The notes under the pieces: model-generated | Database searches by the model: none | Told to the model about the DNA's origin: nothing | What the model saw: only the letters and a program-made list of their open reading frames with translations | Shown here: positions 61,767 through 64,000 of the stretch, piece after piece | Position numbering within the stretch: the first letter of the stretch is position 1 | How the letters are laid out: the number at the start of each line of letters is the position of its first letter | Assembly (NCBI GenBank): GCA_900540385.1 | Contig: UQFY01000002.1 | Coordinates: forward strand, 73,274-137,273 | DNA: 64,000 bases | Reading direction: 5' to 3' | DNA from: an uncultured Mollicutes bacterium | GTDB lineage: Bacteria; Bacillota_I; Bacilli_A; RFN20; CAG-826 | Position numbers and translations under genes: made by a program

Positions 61767-63065
61767 TTATAAGTTATCTAATATAGCGTCATAATCTTCC
61801 TCTTCTTCTGAAACAGGTTTTTCTTCTTTTGGTGGAAGAGACTGTTTTGGAGGAAGAGATTTTTTTGGAAGAGAAGACGATTGTTTTTTAAAGGTTGGTT
61901 TATTGCTTGTTGTCGTTTGAGGATTCCGTGATTTTTTAACATTGCGTTCAAGATAATTCAACGCGTCTAAAGCCGTTTCCACTCCTTGACGGACCAAAGT
62001 GGCGGCAAGCCCTTCTACATAGGAAGGGACAAGAGCGTTGTCATTGATTTTTAGAACATGGAAAATGAGAGCGTTCGTTACATTCTCAGGCAAGCCCATT
62101 TCCACTACCAAAGTATTAATCAGTTTTAAATCATTCTGCGCTGGCTTGCCACCTTTTTGAAGAAGGGTAAGGAAATCAACGGAATTCATAGAATCCATGG
62201 CGCGAATAACGGTAGCCACTCCACTTTCGCCATGTATTTCGCTTGGCTTTCCCGCTTTTCTTCGAAGGTATTCATGAGTGTCATTATCCATGCAAAGTTT
62301 CTCTAAAGCGTGGAAATCCACTCTTGAGCCATACTCTTTGTTCATATCGAAAACATTTCTTGAAGAAAGAAGGAATGAAGCCATCGTTTCTTCGTCAAAT
62401 GCATATAAGCTTGCGTAACGAGCAATCCTTACATATTCCGTCTTAGCAAGAATGTTCTCTTGGAAAGATGGACGTTCTTCTTTCATTTTGTTTAAGAATT
62501 TTCTCTTATCAAAATAAAGACTGATGGCCGGGCATCTCTTTCCCGCCAAAGAATTTTTCGAAGACAAAGATAAATATAGTTTTCCACTCATATCCAATTG
62601 GAATTGGTCCATGAACTTCTTAGAAAAATCCTTATATCCTTCAGGCAAAGGAGATAAAGCGTATTTCTTTTGAAGAGAGAGAACGTATTCTTCATTTGTA
62701 AAACGAATTAAAGTCCCGCTTAAAAGCTCATTCGACAGGAATTCTTCTGGAGAACGAGGAGAATAAAGAGCGAAACTAAAGGAATTGGATTCACTCTTTT
62801 CGAGGAAATAAGTCTTAATAAGGCCTATGGCTTCTAAACCTTCTAAGGAAGAAAAGAAATCTCCTTCAGAAACTTGATAATGAAGGTAGAAAGAAGAGAA
62901 AGGTTTGTTTTCTTCCCCTGCTTCATTTCTTAAAGCAAGATAAACTCCGATTGCCTTTAAAGAAAGAATCGGCGCATAAAAATCCAATAAATAAGCATCG
63001 TCCTCAAAGGAGTAGGAGCTCTCTTTCAATACGTTGTAACTATCTGTTGGCTTTGCTTCTTTCAT
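61767..63065 (-). CDS. dnaB: replication initiation / membrane attachment protein DnaB (Bacillus type, DnaD-like domains)
   Basis: 432 aa. DnaB_2/DnaD-like C-terminal domain (LINTLVVEMGLPENVTNALIFHVL...EGLAATLVRQGV) and a disordered basic/acidic tail. Immediately upstream of dnaI. Confidence 0.8.
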   Translation of the reverse strand: MKEAKPTDSYNVLKESSYSFEDDAYLLDFYAPILSLKAIGVYLALRNEAGEENKPFSSFYLHYQVSEGDFFSSLEGLEAIGLIKTYFLEKSESNSFSFALYSPRSPEEFLSNELLSGTLIRFTNEEYVLSLQKKYALSPLPEGYKDFSKKFMDQFQLDMSGKLYLSLSSKNSLAGKRCPAISLYFDKRKFLNKMKEERPSFQENILAKTEYVRIARYASLYAFDEETMASFLLSSRNVFDMNKEYGSRVDFHALEKLCMDNDTHEYLRRKAGKPSEIHGESGVATVIRAMDSMNSVDFLTLLQKGGKPAQNDLKLINTLVVEMGLPENVTNALIFHVLKINDNALVPSYVEGLAATLVRQGVETALDALNYLERNVKKSRNPQTTTSNKPTFKKQSSSLPKKSLPPKQSLPPKEEKPVSEEEEDYDAILDNL

Positions 63066-63137
63066 AATATTCCTATTTTAGCATTTCTTTTTGTTTGATT
63101 ATACATTTTCCTTCGATAAAATCTAATCTTTTTAAGA

Positions 63138-63223
63138 TTTTCCACAATAAGAAATCAATAAAAAGATGCGATACGATGTGGAAAAAAAGAGTTTTCTTCA
63201 CACTAGAAATAAAGTTTTCCACA
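63138..63223. promoter_or_regulatory. cluster of three near-consensus DnaA boxes (TTTTCCACA) in the dnaB / pfkA divergent region
   Basis: TTTTCCACA at 63138..63146 (+), TGTGGAAAA at 63177..63185 (inverted), TTTTCCACA at 63215..63223 (+). Each matches TTATCCACA at 8 of 9 positions. Weaker TTCTTCACA at 63194..63202. Confidence 0.6.
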
Positions 63224-63315
63224 TCTTTTGAAAGCCTTTTCTTAGAAGAAAAAGACGATTTTTATTATCCATTGTGCAGGGTAAGTTTATAATCTAAGCG
63301 TTGAAGGTTGGCAAA

Positions 63316-64000
63316 ATGATTAAAAAAATCGGAATACTAACATCAGGCGGCGACGCTCCAGGAATGAACCCCGCCATCCGTTCTGTCGTCAGAACTGGAC
63401 TCTCTTATGGCTTGGAGGTTTATGGAATCTACAATGGCTATAAAGGGTTAATTAACGAAGAAATTGTCCCTATGGATCGTTCTTCGGTTTCGGATATCGT
63501 CAATCTTGGCGGTACGATTCTTAAAACGGCTAGATTGCCTGAGTTTAAGAATCTCGAAGTCCAAAAGAAGGCGGTCGAGATTCTTCGAAAAAGAGGAATT
63601 GAAGCCTTGGTCGTCATTGGTGGAGACGGCTCCTATCGTGGAGCGCTAGATCTTACGAAATTAGGAATCAATTGCATCGGTCTTCCAGGAACCATCGATA
63701 ACGACATTGCTTCAACGGATTTCACCATTGGCTTCGATACGGCACTAAATACCATTATTGATGCCGTTGACAAAATCCGTGATACGACCGAATCTCATTC
63801 TCGTTGTTCCATTATTGAAGTAATGGGCAACCACTGTGGCGATCTTGCTTTGTATTCAGGCATAGCTGAAGGTGCAGAAATCATCATTACTCCTGACTTT
63901 AGGATGAGTAACGAAGAGGTCTTCTCCGCATTACGAAAGATGAGGGAGAAAGATTCCAACAAACGTGCCATCATGATTGTTTCGGAAAAGATTTATCCTG
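63316..64000 (+). CDS. pfkA: ATP-dependent 6-phosphofructokinase, N-terminal ~228 codons; continues past the window edge
   Basis: Own translation from ATG 63316 gives [26 protein letters not shown]...[11 protein letters not shown]...[10 protein letters not shown]...IEVMG. SD GAAGG lies upstream. It is not in the ORF track because no stop falls inside the window. Confidence 0.95.
   Translation, partial: MIKKIGILTSGGDAPGMNPAIRSVVRTGLSYGLEVYGIYNGYKGLINEEIVPMDRSSVSDIVNLGGTILKTARLPEFKNLEVQKKAVEILRKRGIEALVVIGGDGSYRGALDLTKLGINCIGLPGTIDNDIASTDFTIGFDTALNTIIDAVDKIRDTTESHSRCSIIEVMGNHCGDLALYSGIAEGAEIIITPDFRMSNEEVFSALRKMREKDSNKRAIMIVSEKIYP

Noticed and set aside
63095-63292. 65-aa ORF in the dnaB/pfkA spacer.
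   Set aside because: It has no SD and an AT-rich, low-complexity translation. The region is better explained by DnaA boxes and two divergent promoters.
63066-63315. Chromosomal replication origin (oriC), suggested by the DnaA boxes.
   Set aside because: There is no dnaA/dnaN nearby, only three good boxes, no obvious tandem AT-rich 13-mer-type unwinding element, and no strand-bias switch centred here. A DnaA-regulated promoter is the more conservative reading.

Overview
This is an AT-rich chromosomal segment that uses the standard genetic code (TGA is used as a stop, TGG as Trp). It comes from a Bacilli-derived, probably wall-less bacterium (Mollicutes / Acholeplasma / Erysipelotrichia-like). 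The window holds about 50 well-supported housekeeping CDS:
- Translation: rplU-prp, valS, ileS, pheST.
- Proteostasis: tig, lon, engB.
- Division: mraZ-rsmH-ftsA-ftsZ.
- Repair and replication: uvrC, mutS2, rnhC, xth, dnaE, polA, a mutM-coaE fusion, dnaB-dnaI.
- Alpha-glucan metabolism: glgB, glgP, a GH13 glucosidase, an MsmX-like ATPase.
- Central metabolism: ackA, pfkA.

Non-coding features are one tRNA-Arg(UCU), three T-box leaders (Val, Ile, Phe), a CIRCE operator on lon, a DnaA-box cluster upstream of dnaB, and many intrinsic terminators. I saw no rRNA, CRISPR array, prophage or recognisable defence island, and I cannot point to a multi-gene novel system.

The signals most worth a second look:
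1. A 267-bp MITE with perfect 25-bp terminal inverted repeats and an 8-bp target duplication, inserted exactly in the loop of an intrinsic terminator. Its interior is repeat-rich and highly structured.
2. A window-wide pattern of -10 hexamers sitting 5-8 nt upstream of ATG codons that have no Shine-Dalgarno sequence. This predicts leaderless mRNAs for at least 10 genes.
3. Bacillus-like gene order from which peptidoglycan, shape, Min, ClpX, sporulation and heme genes are absent.
4. An SPFH / multi-zinc-ribbon membrane gene pair.
5. Unusual fusions and extensions: mutM-coaE, DUF523 with a Lys/His/Phe-rich tail, and Lys-rich tails on tig, glgB and the MsmX-like ATPase.

Several ORF-track starts were corrected where the N-terminal extension runs into a T-box leader or into a neighbouring gene.
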